IMG/VR virus record: IMGVR_UViG_2657245717_000001
Coordinates: 1 to 64,000 of that record
Reading direction: 5' to 3' (one strand)
DNA from: a virus
Lineage: Duplodnaviria; Caudoviricetes
DNA: 64,000 bases
The position numbers were made by a program, and so were the translations under genes. How positions within the stretch are numbered: the first letter of the stretch is position 1; each line of letters starts with the position of its first letter. The notes under the pieces were generated by a model, which saw only the letters and a program-made list of their open reading frames with translations, did no database searches and was not told where the DNA came from. This document shows positions 1 through 8,449 of this stretch, one piece after another.

Positions 1-882
1 GCCTACCTGATCCGGGTCGGCGCCGAACCGCAGGTCATCTACGACCCGGTCACCGACAAGCTCGGCCAGTTCGGGCCCCTCAACCGGTCCGGCCGCGCCC
101 TCCGCAACGACGGCAGCCGCCGCACGAACCGTGAGGGCAAGGTCTGCATCCAGGTCGAGGTACTCGGCCGCGCCGCGTCCCCGTGGACGAAGGGCTTCGA
201 CCCGGCGAAGAAGCCGAACTTCCGGAAGCTCCTCGCGGCGATGCGTGCGCACGGTGTGCCCGACACGTGGCCGGCGGGCAAGCCCCCGGCGACGGCCGCA
301 GCCGCGACGAAGCGGAACAGGTCGACGTGGCAGTCGAAGGGCGGCCACTTCGGTCACTCCCAGGTACCCGGTAACGACCACTGGGACCCGGGCGGCATCG
401 ACACCAGCATCGTGCCGGGCAAGGCCGGCGGCTCAAGCGGCGGCGACACCAAGCCCCCGACGACCAGCGGCACGTACACGGTGAAGAAGGGCGACACCCT
501 CTCCGGCATCGCTGCGACGCACGGCACCACGGTGAAGGCCATGGCCGACCTGAACGGCCTCAAGGACCCGAACAAGCTGTCCGTCGGGCAGAAGCTGAAG
601 GTCCCCGGCAAGGCATCCACCCCGAAGCCGCAGTACGAGCCGTTCCCCGGCGCCGCGTTCTTCCACACCGGCCGGAAGAGCCCCATCGTCACCGCGATGG
701 GCCGTCGCCTCGTCGCCGAAGGCTGCGGCAAGTACAAGCAGGGCCCCGGCCCGAACTGGACCAACGTCGACAAGGCGAGTTACAGCGCCTGGCAGCGGAA
801 ACTCGGCTACACGGGCGCCGCCGCCGACGGCATCCCCGGCAAGACCTCGTGGGACAAGCTCCGCGTCCCCAAGCAGCTCTGA
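1..882 (+). CDS. Endolysin (5'-truncated): probable amidase domain, LysM and C-terminal peptidoglycan-binding domain
   Basis: Frame 1 is open from base 1. LysM motif [13 protein letters not shown]...[10 protein letters not shown]; PG-binding tail [17 protein letters not shown]; H-rich motif [17 protein letters not shown]. Confidence 0.88.
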   Translation, partial: AYLIRVGAEPQVIYDPVTDKLGQFGPLNRSGRALRNDGSRRTNREGKVCIQVEVLGRAASPWTKGFDPAKKPNFRKLLAAMRAHGVPDTWPAGKPPATAAAATKRNRSTWQSKGGHFGHSQVPGNDHWDPGGIDTSIVPGKAGGSSGGDTKPPTTSGTYTVKKGDTLSGIAATHGTTVKAMADLNGLKDPNKLSVGQKLKVPGKASTPKPQYEPFPGAAFFHTGRKSPIVTAMGRRLVAEGCGKYKQGPGPNWTNVDKASYSAWQRKLGYTGAAADGIPGKTSWDKLRVPKQL

Positions 883-911
883 CCACCCCATCCACACCCC
901 AGGAGTCCACC

Positions 912-1274
912 ATGCTCATCTTCAAGCGGGAACCCGCTCTCTTCCTGACCCTCATCGCCGTCATGCTCAAGACCGGCGCCGCGTTCGGCCTCAACGTCAC
1001 CGGCGAGCAGCAGGCCGTCATCAACGCGGTCGCCGCCGCCGGCGTCGGCCTCCTCGTCGCCGTCCTCGCCTCCGACGGCATAGGCGCCGCAGTCCTCGGC
1101 TTCGTCCAGGCCGTCATCGCCCTCGCCGTCGGATTCGGCGCCGACTGGTCCGCGGAACAGCAGGCGATCGTGCTGTCCCTCGTCGCCGCGGTCGTCGGCA
1201 TGTTCGACCGCACCCAGGTCACCGCTCCGGTGCCCGCCACGGCGAAGCCGACCGCCGTCACCCCCTCTTCCTGA
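912..1274 (+). CDS. Holin
   Basis: AGGAG RBS; small protein with several TM segments starting MLIFKREPAL; directly follows the endolysin. Confidence 0.75.
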   Translation: MLIFKREPALFLTLIAVMLKTGAAFGLNVTGEQQAVINAVAAAGVGLLVAVLASDGIGAAVLGFVQAVIALAVGFGADWSAEQQAIVLSLVAAVVGMFDRTQVTAPVPATAKPTAVTPSS

Positions 1275-1300
1275 CCTGAGACCTCACGGGAGCACTTGTT

Positions 1301-1612
1301 ATGGCTGGTGAGCCGTCTCTGGGTGAGCTGGGGCGGCTCATCCAGGCACTCCGCGAAGAACAGCGCGAGAACAACATGCAGGTCAACGCCCGCCTCGACA
1401 AGCTCGTGTCCGCCGAGGTGTACGCGGTGGAGCGGGCCGTCATGCAGAAAGACATCACCGACCTGGAGAAGGACGTGGACGCCATACGGCAGCAGCGGCA
1501 GCAGGACGCGGACCGGGTCACGCAGACCCGCCGCTACCTGCTGGCGTCCGTGGTGATGCCGCTCCTCGGCCTGGTCCTGCCGGTTGTTCTCTTCCTGGCT
1601 GGGAGCAAGTGA
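1301..1612 (+). CDS. Lysis-cassette membrane protein (coiled coil plus C-terminal TM)
   Basis: GGGAG RBS; coiled-coil region then hydrophobic C-terminus; position within lysis cassette. Confidence 0.65.
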   Translation: MAGEPSLGELGRLIQALREEQRENNMQVNARLDKLVSAEVYAVERAVMQKDITDLEKDVDAIRQQRQQDADRVTQTRRYLLASVVMPLLGLVLPVVLFLAGSK

Positions 1613-2295
1613 TGCGCGGGCCGACGCGAGTGGAGGCGTTGCAGGAGCGGCGCCGGGGGAATGTGGCGGCGGGGCTGGTCGCACTGTTCGGTGCGGCTGT
1701 CCTCGCCCTCACCCTGACTGGGTTCATGGTCCTGTACCGGGAGCTGGAGGGCGCGAATGAGGCCCGGGATCAGCTCGCCACGCAGGTGGAGGAGCTGGGC
1801 GCAACTCCGGTCGCGGGCCCGCCCGGGTCCCGTGGCCAGCCGGGCCCTGCCGTTACCGGCCCGCCAGGTGCTGACGGCCGTGACGGGGTCGACGGCGCTG
1901 ACGGGCAGTCGGGCAAGCCGGGGCCGACCGGCAAGCCCGGGTCCGCGGGTGCCGATGGCGTGGACGGGCAGGACGGCGAACCTGGCGCTGCTGGGGGCGA
2001 CGGGGCGGACGGCGCTTCCGGGCAGGTGGGTGCCCCTGGCCCGGCCGGACCTGCTGGCCCGCGGGGGGAGACCGGGCCGCAGGGCCCGGCTGGGCGTGAC
2101 GGTTCGGACGGCAAGGACGGGCGTGATGGGCAGGCGTGCCCGGCGGGTTTCGAGCTGCGGCCGTGGGCGTTGGACGGTGACGTGTTGGTGTGCCAGCGGG
2201 TATCGGGTGGGGGCGGGTCGTCGCCGGACCCTGATCCGGTCGGGTCGTCTCCGTCGGTGGGGATGTTGGCGCCGGAGCGTCGCCGCCTCCAGTGA
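1609..2295 (+). CDS. Membrane-anchored collagen-like (Gly-X-Y) protein
   Basis: N-terminal TM, long GXY run (GPPGADGRDGVDG...), C-terminal CP..F....LVC motif; GTGA overlap with upstream gene. Confidence 0.8.
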   Translation: MMRGPTRVEALQERRRGNVAAGLVALFGAAVLALTLTGFMVLYRELEGANEARDQLATQVEELGATPVAGPPGSRGQPGPAVTGPPGADGRDGVDGADGQSGKPGPTGKPGSAGADGVDGQDGEPGAAGGDGADGASGQVGAPGPAGPAGPRGETGPQGPAGRDGSDGKDGRDGQACPAGFELRPWALDGDVLVCQRVSGGGGSSPDPDPVGSSPSVGMLAPERRRLQ

Positions 2296-2307
2296 CCCCA
2301 TGATCGC

Positions 2308-2350
2308 GTCCGACGAAAAACGGAACTAAATAACGGTTATCAAGCAACCC
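2308..2350 (+). repeat. 43-bp inverted repeat, copy 1 (GTCCGACGAAAAACGGAACTAAATAACGGTTATCAAGCAACCC)
   Basis: Exact reverse complement at 15020-15062; AT-rich and intergenic. Confidence 0.93.
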
Positions 2351-2424
2351 AGAGTGGTCCCCTCAGACAACAGCCCCGCAATCTAGGGGCAACAGGTGCC
2401 CGCACCTGCCCATACGCTCACCTC

Positions 2425-3009
2425 ATGCTGCTCTCCGACTGCCACATACGTGCCGCCATCAGCACCGGCCGGCTCGCCCTGTCCCCGTACGATCCGGAAC
2501 TGGTCCAGCCTGCGAGTGTCGACGTCCGGCTGGGAGCCGAGTTCCGGGTGTTCGAGTCGCACCGGTACTCGCACATCGACCCCGCAGTGGAGCAGCCGGG
2601 TATGACGCGCCTGGTGTCGCCGCCGGCGGGGGAGCCGTTCGTGTTGCATCCGGGGGAGTTCGTGCTGGCGTCGACCCTGGAGCGTGTGGGCCTGGGCCCG
2701 GATGTGGCGGCGCGGTTGGAGGGCAAGTCGTCGCTGGGGCGTTTGGGCCTGGTGACGCATGCGACGGCGGGGTTCATCGATCCGGGGTTCGCAGGCCACG
2801 TAACGCTGGAACTGTCGAACGTGGCGTCGCTTCCGATGAAGCTGTGGCCGGGGATGCGCATCGGCCAGCTATGCCTGGTGGCGCTGTCGGGCCCGGCGGA
2901 GCGGCCGTACGGCAGTGAGGGGCTGGGGTCGCGGTATCAGGGGCAGTCGGGGCCGACGGAGTCGCGGTCGTATGTGCGGTGGCCGTCGGCGGTACAGGGG
3001 AGTACGTGA
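2425..3009 (+). CDS. dcd: dCTP deaminase
   Basis: [49 protein letters not shown] motifs. Confidence 0.95.
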   Translation: MLLSDCHIRAAISTGRLALSPYDPELVQPASVDVRLGAEFRVFESHRYSHIDPAVEQPGMTRLVSPPAGEPFVLHPGEFVLASTLERVGLGPDVAARLEGKSSLGRLGLVTHATAGFIDPGFAGHVTLELSNVASLPMKLWPGMRIGQLCLVALSGPAERPYGSEGLGSRYQGQSGPTESRSYVRWPSAVQGST

Positions 3010-3347
3010 GTTCGTTGCAGGTAGCGGTCGCCACCGTTCTGGTTCTCAGCGTGATGCAGCTCGGCGCCCAGATCCTCTGCTACCTGGGGCTCCTGGCTCG
3101 GCGGACCGCGTACAAGACGATGTGCCTGTGCTGGGCCACCTGCGCCACGGTCTGCGTTGCCGTCCAGCTCTGGCCGGGCGTCGCCCTGGCCGCGCCGTTC
3201 GCCGCGGCGGCTGGCGTCCTGTGGTGGCGCCACCGCAACGACGACGATGACGGCCCCGGGCGCCGGCGCCGCAGAGCCCGCTCCAGCATCCGCTCGAAGG
3301 TCCCACGCCCGGTAGCAGTGGCACGGCCGACGCCCACTCGCAGCTAG
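3006..3347 (+). CDS. Small membrane protein
   Basis: GTGA overlap with dcd; about three hydrophobic segments then DDDD and an R-rich tail. Confidence 0.55.
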   Translation: MSSLQVAVATVLVLSVMQLGAQILCYLGLLARRTAYKTMCLCWATCATVCVAVQLWPGVALAAPFAAAAGVLWWRHRNDDDDGPGRRRRRARSSIRSKVPRPVAVARPTPTRS

Positions 3348-3357
3348 GGTGTCAGTC

Positions 3358-4320
3358 ATGACCTGGTTGATCACTGGCGGCGCCGGATACATCGGTGCGC
3401 ACGTAGTCCGCGCCCTGGACGAGGCCGGCGAGAGCGCCGTGGTCCTCGACGACCTCTCCACCGGTGTCGAAGGCCGCCTCCCCGCCTCCGCCACCCTGGT
3501 GCAGGGCACCACCCTGGACCGGCCCCTGCTCGACAAGGTCTTCGCCGACCACGCCATCACCGGCGTCATCCACACCGCCGCGAAGAAGCAGGTGGGCGAG
3601 TCGGTCTCGGTGCCGCTGCGCTACTACCACGACAACATCGAGGGCCTGCGCGTCCTGCTGGCGGCCACCGTCGCCGCGGGCGTCGACTCCTTCGTCCTCT
3701 CCTCCTCGGCCGCCGTCTACGGGATGCCCGACGTCGACCTCGTCACCGAGTCGACGCCCTGCGCTCCGATGAACCCCTACGGCGAGACCAAGCTGGCCGG
3801 CGAGTGGCTGGTCCGCGCCACCGGCCGCGCCCACGGCCTGCGCACCGCCTGCCTGCGGTACTTCAACGTGGCCGGCGCCGCCGTTCCCGAACTCGCCGAC
3901 ACCGGGGTCTTCAACATCGTCCCGATGGTCTTCGAGCGGCTCACCGACGGTGTGCCCCCGCAGATCTTCGGCGACGACTACCCGACCGAGGACGGCACCT
4001 GCGTCCGCGACTACATCCACGTGGTCGACCTCGCCGAGGCCCACGCCGCTGCCGCCCGCGCGCTGACCGCCGCCGCCCCGGGCGAGGACATCACCGTCAA
4101 CATCGGCAGTGGCCACGGCGTCTCGGTCCGCGAGCTGATCGACCTGATCAACGACGTCACCGGCAAGCACATCGACCCGGTCGTCCTCCCCCGCCGCCCC
4201 GGCGACCCGGCCCGCGTCGTCGCCTCCACCGCCCGCGCCGCCGAGGCCCTGGACTGGCGGGCCCGGCTGACGCCGCGGGACATGGTGACCTCCGCGTGGG
4301 AGGGCTGGCCGAAGCTGTAG
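3358..4320 (+). CDS. galE: UDP-glucose 4-epimerase
   Basis: TGGAGYIG, SSSAAVYG, YGETK (YxxxK), LRYFNV, RDYIHV, RRPGD motifs; TAGGGT -10-like box 7 nt before ATG (probably leaderless). Confidence 0.93.
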   Translation: MTWLITGGAGYIGAHVVRALDEAGESAVVLDDLSTGVEGRLPASATLVQGTTLDRPLLDKVFADHAITGVIHTAAKKQVGESVSVPLRYYHDNIEGLRVLLAATVAAGVDSFVLSSSAAVYGMPDVDLVTESTPCAPMNPYGETKLAGEWLVRATGRAHGLRTACLRYFNVAGAAVPELADTGVFNIVPMVFERLTDGVPPQIFGDDYPTEDGTCVRDYIHVVDLAEAHAAAARALTAAAPGEDITVNIGSGHGVSVRELIDLINDVTGKHIDPVVLPRRPGDPARVVASTARAAEALDWRARLTPRDMVTSAWEGWPKL

Positions 4321-4324
4321 GAGA

Positions 4325-4849
4325 ATGGCGGCTCGTCGCACCAAGGGGTGGAGCATGCCAGATGCTGAGGGTACGTCTCGTAGCGAAGAGCGCAGGGCGG
4401 CGTTGGCAGCGTGGCGCCAGAAGCACGAGAAGAAACTGGCCGTCGCAGCGAAGGCCGCTCTGCTGCTCGGCGGCCTGGCCTTACTGGCCGCTCGCACCGC
4501 ATCCCGCCCGGACAACGACACCGAAAGCGATCCACGCCCATACGGGCACGGAGGCTTCACGAACCACGGCGGCGGCTACACCAACTGCTGGCACTCGGGG
4601 TGCACCAAAAAGGTGAATCCCATGATCCATAGGAACCATGACTGCTGCGGGCGGTGCCGGAACGGCCGTGACTGTTCCCGCGCCTCTCAACTGGCCTACG
4701 ACGGACCCGGCACCTCTGCGCACAACTACTTCGCAACGCTCCTGAACCCCGACGTCTGCAACGACTGCGGTGAGCCGCCAGAAGCGCACCCCTGGGAGTA
4801 CCACCCAATCCGCGGTCAGCGTTTCGCCTCAGAGCACGTCGAGTCGTAG
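4325..4849 (+). CDS. Hypothetical TM-anchored Cys/His-rich protein (moron)
   Basis: Single TM, several Cys clusters, in-frame TTA at 4481; start uncertain (4325 or 4355). Confidence 0.55.
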   Translation: MAARRTKGWSMPDAEGTSRSEERRAALAAWRQKHEKKLAVAAKAALLLGGLALLAARTASRPDNDTESDPRPYGHGGFTNHGGGYTNCWHSGCTKKVNPMIHRNHDCCGRCRNGRDCSRASQLAYDGPGTSAHNYFATLLNPDVCNDCGEPPEAHPWEYHPIRGQRFASEHVES

Positions 4850-4912
4850 CGAATGCTCTGAAGTTGCTCAAGCGGCACCCGTTCGGCTGATGCCCACACC
4901 GACGATGGACCG

Positions 4913-5551
4913 ATGAACTTCGGATGGGGACCAATCATCGGAGGGGTGCTCGGCGCGCTGTTAGCCGGCGCGTTCACCCTGCTCGGGCAGCGGTTTGCGA
5001 GGCACCGCCAACTAGAAGACCACAAGCACGCTCGGCAACTTCACAAGGAAAGCCTGCTGCACAGCGCGGTAGTCCAGCACGAGGACCGGCTGTTCACGCT
5101 ACGCAAGGAGGCGGGGGAGAGGTTCATCAAGGCGGCGATGGGCGTCATGCCGATCTCCGAGTACGCCTTGGCTCTCGCCGGCATGTATGAGCGGTGGGAC
5201 GATGACGATGTGAAGCCGGGTGTGGCGACGATGCGCATGTCTCGCGCTGACTGGGCGCCTCCGGTGGACTTGCGGGCGGCGATCCCTAAGGCGGACCGCA
5301 TGACGGACCTGGTCGCCGCTGGGGCGCTGTTGACCCCGGCGCAGCTTCAGAACCTTACGGAGACAGCGAGACAGATCACCCTTGCGGCCTACGACGTGAT
5401 GGACGCCCGCCCGCACATCGACGAGGGCGCAGACCCGACGACCTTTGTCGCTGGGCGGATTCAGGAGTACATCAAGCTGGTGGACGGTTTCGCTGAGCAG
5501 TTGGCCGAGCAGCTCGACGCACGCGACCGGGTGCAGGTGGCCTTGGGCTAG
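4913..5551 (+). CDS. Hypothetical protein with N-terminal TM helix (moron)
   Basis: Hydrophobic N-terminus then helical domain; TTA at 4961; followed by a terminator. Confidence 0.65.
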   Translation: MNFGWGPIIGGVLGALLAGAFTLLGQRFARHRQLEDHKHARQLHKESLLHSAVVQHEDRLFTLRKEAGERFIKAAMGVMPISEYALALAGMYERWDDDDVKPGVATMRMSRADWAPPVDLRAAIPKADRMTDLVAAGALLTPAQLQNLTETARQITLAAYDVMDARPHIDEGADPTTFVAGRIQEYIKLVDGFAEQLAEQLDARDRVQVALG

Positions 5552-5562
5552 GGTCACGTGAG

Positions 5563-5597
5563 GGTGCCCCCGGCCACTTTCCCTGGCCGGGGGCACC
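5563..5597. terminator. Bidirectional hairpin terminator
   Basis: GGTGCCCCCGGCCA...TGGCCGGGGGCACC 14-bp stem between convergent genes. Confidence 0.8.
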
Positions 5598-5613
5598 TGT
5601 GTTGGTGAAGGTT

Positions 5614-5850
5614 CTACTTCTCGGTGGTGCGTTCGGCGGCAGCCTCCCTCACAGCGTCCACGGTGAACAGCCCACCGCTGGTGATGCCCTTTGTGCCAGC
5701 CTCCTCGCAGAGTGCGAGCACAGCGTTCAGACGCACTCGGAGCGCGCTGTTCTCTGCGTCCAGCTCTCGCATCAGCTCGGCGCCAGCGAACTCACCGTGG
5801 TCGTCCAGGGCGTCGGCAGTCTCTGCGGGATCGATCCCGATCATGCTCAT
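5614..5850 (-). CDS. Hypothetical phage protein
   Basis: GAGGA RBS, MSMIGIDPAE start; ends RTTEK like the upstream gene. Confidence 0.6.
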   Translation of the reverse strand: MSMIGIDPAETADALDDHGEFAGAELMRELDAENSALRVRLNAVLALCEEAGTKGITSGGLFTVDAVREAAAERTTEK

Positions 5851-5857
5851 GGTGTCC

Positions 5858-6169
5858 TCACTTCTCGGTGGTGCGGTGGTGCCGGTTGACGTGGTTGTTG
5901 ATGCTCTCCAGTGCGCCCCGGTACCCGCAGCCGCGCGGGCACTCCTCCCACAACCCCTTGTCGACAGCGGCCTTGGTGACGGAGGTGTCGTCGTCGGGGC
6001 CGTATCCGTGGGCGTGGAGCATCTGGGCGACGGTGCCGCCGTGGTGGATGGCGAGGAAGGCGGCTTCGGCGGTCTTGTCGTGCCCGGCGGCGAAGTAGCG
6101 GCCGTAGCCAATCTCCTTGCCGCAGCCGCAGTAGCAGCGGCCGGTGGGCTGGGCGGTGGTGTCGCTCAT
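5858..6169 (-). CDS. Small Zn-binding protein (CxCGC...GHD, CxxxC...H)
   Basis: GRCYCGCGKE...FAAGHD and ECPRGCGY motifs; GAGGA RBS. Confidence 0.65.
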   Translation of the reverse strand: MSDTTAQPTGRCYCGCGKEIGYGRYFAAGHDKTAEAAFLAIHHGGTVAQMLHAHGYGPDDDTSVTKAAVDKGLWEECPRGCGYRGALESINNHVNRHHRTTEK

Positions 6170-6180
6170 GGTTCGTGTCC

Positions 6181-6435
6181 TCAGTGCTCGGTCGCGGTGA
6201 GCACGTCTTCCAGGCGCTCGGCCTCTCGACGGAGGCTGTCGGCCTGCTCCGGGTGGTCGTGGTTCAGCCGGTCGGCGGCCTCGCGGAGCACGGCCGGGTC
6301 GGTGTGCCGCTGCTCCCACTGGGGATCGGCCAGACTGCCGGGCAGCGGGCCTTCGGAACGGCAGTTCTCGCACCAACGCCGGTAGGCGCCGGGGTACTCG
6401 ACCTCGCACTCGCAGTTCGGGTCTCGGTATCGCAT
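6181..6435 (-). CDS. Hypothetical Cys-containing protein
   Basis: GAGG RBS; first gene of the leftward operon. Confidence 0.5.
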   Translation of the reverse strand: MRYRDPNCECEVEYPGAYRRWCENCRSEGPLPGSLADPQWEQRHTDPAVLREAADRLNHDHPEQADSLRREAERLEDVLTATEH

Positions 6436-6571
6436 GGCGGAGTACCTCTTTCCTCGTGGCGGCTAATGCTCTATCAGCGTAGCCATCCTTGGAATGCTTG
6501 GCAACCCTTGGATTCCTTGGGTTTGATTGAGTGTCGACACGAACGCCATCGACCGCAGGATCGCTCCTGAC

Positions 6572-6599
6572 GAGACGCATAACGTGTGTTAAGAATCGG
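6572..6599. other. dif-like 11-6-11 recombination site candidate
   Basis: GAGACGCATAA-CGTGTG-TTAAGAATCGG, 12 bp upstream of the recombinase start; left arm resembles the XerC arm GGTGCGCATAA. Confidence 0.5.
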
Positions 6600-6611
6600 T
6601 AGAATCGGATC

Positions 6612-7715
6612 ATGAACGAGGTGATCCAAGGGCACGTCATCGCCGAACGGCCCCGCGCCGAACTCACCCAGCCCGGCATGGCGCAACAAGCCGCCGACTG
6701 GCTCCGCGACACCCTCGGCACCGTCGCCCGCCGCAACCCCCACAACCGCCGCCTCGGCCCACGCCGCTACCGACTCGAACTCCTCGCCGAAGCCTGCGAC
6801 CGCGACACCTTCCTCCTCATCACCTCATGGCTCGGCTCCGAAGCCGTCCCCGCCACCACCAGCAAGCAGGCGTACGCCGACGACATCTGCCTCTGGGCCG
6901 ACGTGGCACGGGAGTTGGGCGGCCACGACCGGTTCTTCGTCGGAGCCGTCACCCCCGGCATGATCGAAACCTGGACCAAGCTCCAGAAGGTCCAGGGCAA
7001 AGCCCCCCGCACCATCAACCGGCGCCTGTCCGTCCTCACCGCCCTCACCCAGTACGCCGCGTGGAAGACGAAGGAAACCATCGCGTCCCCCGTCACCAAG
7101 CACGACCGGCCCAAGGTCGACCCCCGAGACGAGACCACCGCCACCCCCATCCTCGAAGTCACCGAGTTCCAGGCCGTCATCAACGCCGCCACCACACCGC
7201 GCCAGGCCCTCGTGCCCACCCTCATCTACACCCTCGCCGGCCGCGTCACCGAAAGCTGCACCGCCCAGCTCCACCACCTCAAGCACCACGACGGCCAGCG
7301 CCTCCTGGACCTCCGCCGTAAGGGCGGCAAGGGCCGCGTCTGGACCATCCCCGAGCGCCTCGGCCAGCTCATCGACGTCGCCACCGACGGCCGTGACGAG
7401 GGCGCGATCCTTGTGAACGACGACGGGCACCCCATGGACCGTCACAGCGTCGACCGTCTCCTCAACCGCCTCGGCCGCCAGGCCGGCGTCCTACCTGACC
7501 GGGACCTGACTCCGCACGTCCTGCGCGCCTCGCGGCTCACCCACATGCACGACGAGGGCCGCCCCGTCGAGGAGATCCAGGAGTACGCCGACCATGCCGC
7601 GATCGAGACGACGTTGCGGTACATCCGCCGGCGCGACTCCGCCGCCCGCAAGGCCGCCCACGCCGCCGCAGCGGTCGCGGTGTACGACCACCTCGTCGAC
7701 CGGTTCATCAAGTAG
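6612..7715 (+). CDS. Tyrosine recombinase (XerC/D-like)
   Basis: Catalytic set: R (AGRVTE), K (RKGGK), HxLR (TPHVLRAS), H (ADHA), Y (TTLRY); SAM-like N-domain. Confidence 0.92.
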   Translation: MNEVIQGHVIAERPRAELTQPGMAQQAADWLRDTLGTVARRNPHNRRLGPRRYRLELLAEACDRDTFLLITSWLGSEAVPATTSKQAYADDICLWADVARELGGHDRFFVGAVTPGMIETWTKLQKVQGKAPRTINRRLSVLTALTQYAAWKTKETIASPVTKHDRPKVDPRDETTATPILEVTEFQAVINAATTPRQALVPTLIYTLAGRVTESCTAQLHHLKHHDGQRLLDLRRKGGKGRVWTIPERLGQLIDVATDGRDEGAILVNDDGHPMDRHSVDRLLNRLGRQAGVLPDRDLTPHVLRASRLTHMHDEGRPVEEIQEYADHAAIETTLRYIRRRDSAARKAAHAAAAVAVYDHLVDRFIK

Positions 7716-7734
7716 CGACCCAGGAGCGCAGGCC

Positions 7735-8397
7735 ATGACGACTTTTCACGAGGCTGCGGCGGCTGACCTCTTCGAGGCGATGTCCCAAGATCCTCATGAT
7801 GCGGCGCTGCTAGCGCAGGTGCACGCCCGGCTCGACACTCGCTTCCCCGACTGGCTGATGGACCTCATCGGGCAGACCTTGCAGAGCCCCGCTTCCTGGC
7901 CAGAGGCGCAGGTCGCAGCGTTCACAGATGTTGTGCACCGGCTATCTCAAGGCCGTGTGGCCAGACGCCGCATTCCCCTCGGCCACGCTCCTGGGTCCGA
8001 CTCAGATCGCACCGGCAATGCCGAGAGGCTGCTGTCTCTACCGGCCCCCTTCGTGGCGCGACTCAGCATGACGCAGAACGGCGCCGACAGCGACGGCGCC
8101 CTGGAGTGGGACAGCCCCGTCACGGCTTGGCGGTCCACCACGGCGCAGATCCTCAACGTTCACGCTTTGCATTCTGCGATTCATGCCCCGTTCGATCTGC
8201 GCCCGTGGTCGGTTCCGTTGGAGGTGGGCTACACCATGCCGAGCCGTACGTGGGCGCATCTCGCGGTTGAGGGAGCTGTCGCTCGGTGGCCGTATGGCTC
8301 CAAGGAGGTTCACCTTCTCGTCTGTCTGGAGCGTCTCGGCAGCTTCGCCCGTACGCGGCCACTACCGGCCGACATCAAGACGTTCTCGCCCCTGTAG
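7735..8397 (+). CDS. Hypothetical protein between the two recombinase genes
   Basis: AGGAG RBS; 220 aa; atypical codon usage. Confidence 0.6.
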   Translation: MTTFHEAAAADLFEAMSQDPHDAALLAQVHARLDTRFPDWLMDLIGQTLQSPASWPEAQVAAFTDVVHRLSQGRVARRRIPLGHAPGSDSDRTGNAERLLSLPAPFVARLSMTQNGADSDGALEWDSPVTAWRSTTAQILNVHALHSAIHAPFDLRPWSVPLEVGYTMPSRTWAHLAVEGAVARWPYGSKEVHLLVCLERLGSFARTRPLPADIKTFSPL

Positions 8398-8449
8398 CCG
8401 GTCAGGCGCGTTCACGAGGGACACTGTGGTGGTCGGTGAGGGAGGCGTT

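Noticed and set aside
1810-2135. 9-bp periodic repeats
   Set aside because: Fully explained by collagen-like Gly-X-Y coding.
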